A DNA stretch of 63,659 nucleotides, filler included, from Asterionella formosa (taxonomy: Eukaryota), in assembly GCA_002256025.1 (NCBI GenBank). It is 30 parts of 30 records of this genome, joined end to end, with 100 filler letters (N's around TTAATTAATTAA, not from the genome) between each part and the next. Parts side by side here need not be neighbours in the genome. Positions count along the whole stretch, not along the records: positions 62,653 to 63,659 come from NKIB01005036.1; 29 more parts are not named here. One strand, written 5' to 3'. A program made the translations under genes and the position numbers. Each line of letters opens with the position of its first letter. Position 1 is the stretch's first letter. The notes under the pieces were generated by a model. It was not told the origin of the DNA. It did no database searches and worked only from the letters and a program-made list of their open reading frames with translations. This document shows positions 62,846 through 63,659 of this stretch, piece by piece.

Positions 62846-63659
62846 GCAAATTTGAAAAAATTACTTTATTGGGATCTTCTCTCGTTGCTCTTGTGTTAAG
62901 CAATTCTGCGAAGCCAAATGAGTCTCTAGCAGGATACTATTTTCCGTTTCATTTACCAGTGATGGATAGATGACGACTTTCGGTATATTGTGACTCTGCT
63001 ATCATGATGATGGGATCTACATGGTGGCAAGCGTGATGCAGTTCTGACGATGATGGAATCTCTGATTGAACTGACGTCATAATAACCAGCTCACTTTCTT
63101 GAGTGGTTCCCCTCCGTCTCAATTTTCATTCCTTTCAGAAACATCGCTACCGGTACATGATAATGCAACAACCACTGGCGTTCATTCATTCAGTGATAAA
63201 TTGTAAGACTACATAGCTTAGGAACAGGTGTACGTATGTGTGTACCAACTAAAAACTGAGAGTCATCCTGATATTTTTTTATTAACTGAGAGTCATCCTT
63301 AAACAGGGTAATCACACGTTTTGGTACGAATATTGGAGATACGTTGATTCTCTTTCAGACAAAGTTGTTCCTTGGCATGTATGGAAGAGCAATGTTCATA
63401 ATTATAAGTTGAGTTTTCATGGCCGTTCTTGAGATAAATAGGTCGAAAGGTAGCTGTCGCAAAAATTTGGGTCAAATCAGATTACCGGTACCCTATTGAG
63501 CCGGCGATGCATTTTTGACATTTAGATAACAGTTCAGCTAATTTAATTATTTAGTGATTCTTCGTTCATTATTTAGTGTCTTTTGTTTCTATATTTATTG
63601 ACTTCGATTGATCATCAATGTCGCATGGAGTGCTGTTGCTCTGTCCTGTTCACCACTCA

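Overview
This is eukaryotic nuclear DNA, most likely from a diatom. Evidence: short GT-AG introns, bipartite signal peptide + ASAFAP-like plastid presequences, the SFGH-FALDH fusion, diatom-type PPR, and CoDi/CryptonS/Plavaka-like elements. It is not one locus: 30 contigs are joined by an artificial 100-bp N..TTAATTAATTAA..N linker. Twenty-eight are about 1.0 kb and two are about 16.26 kb (8881-25141 and 25242-41499), so adjacency across linkers means nothing. The two long contigs carry housekeeping genes: SFGH-FALDH fusion, RPL38, a plastid ketopantoate-reductase-like protein, a plastid CX5R phosphatase, PDAP1-SAP, a BASS/SLC10 transporter, mRPS17, ATG6, a PPR protein and a PfkB-family protein. 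Eight of these ten genes form tight tail-to-tail pairs separated by transposon debris (PIF/Harbinger, Plavaka-like, copia LTR). Most notable: (1) a 1016-bp Harbinger-type non-autonomous element (26-bp TIRs, TTA TSD) carrying fragments of two unrelated host genes, i.e. a Pack-type transposon; (2) two IRAK/Pelle-like kinase copies with a hypervariable beta3-alphaC patch; (3) a copia 5' LTR with a perfect 14-nt Tf1-like self-priming site; (4) pervasive TACC(A/T)GGTA / TACCGGTA palindrome arrays that may be transposon excision scars; (5) an intronless glycosyltransferase-like ORF resembling giant-virus/cyanobacterial proteins. All family assignments come from motif recognition by eye; no searches were run.
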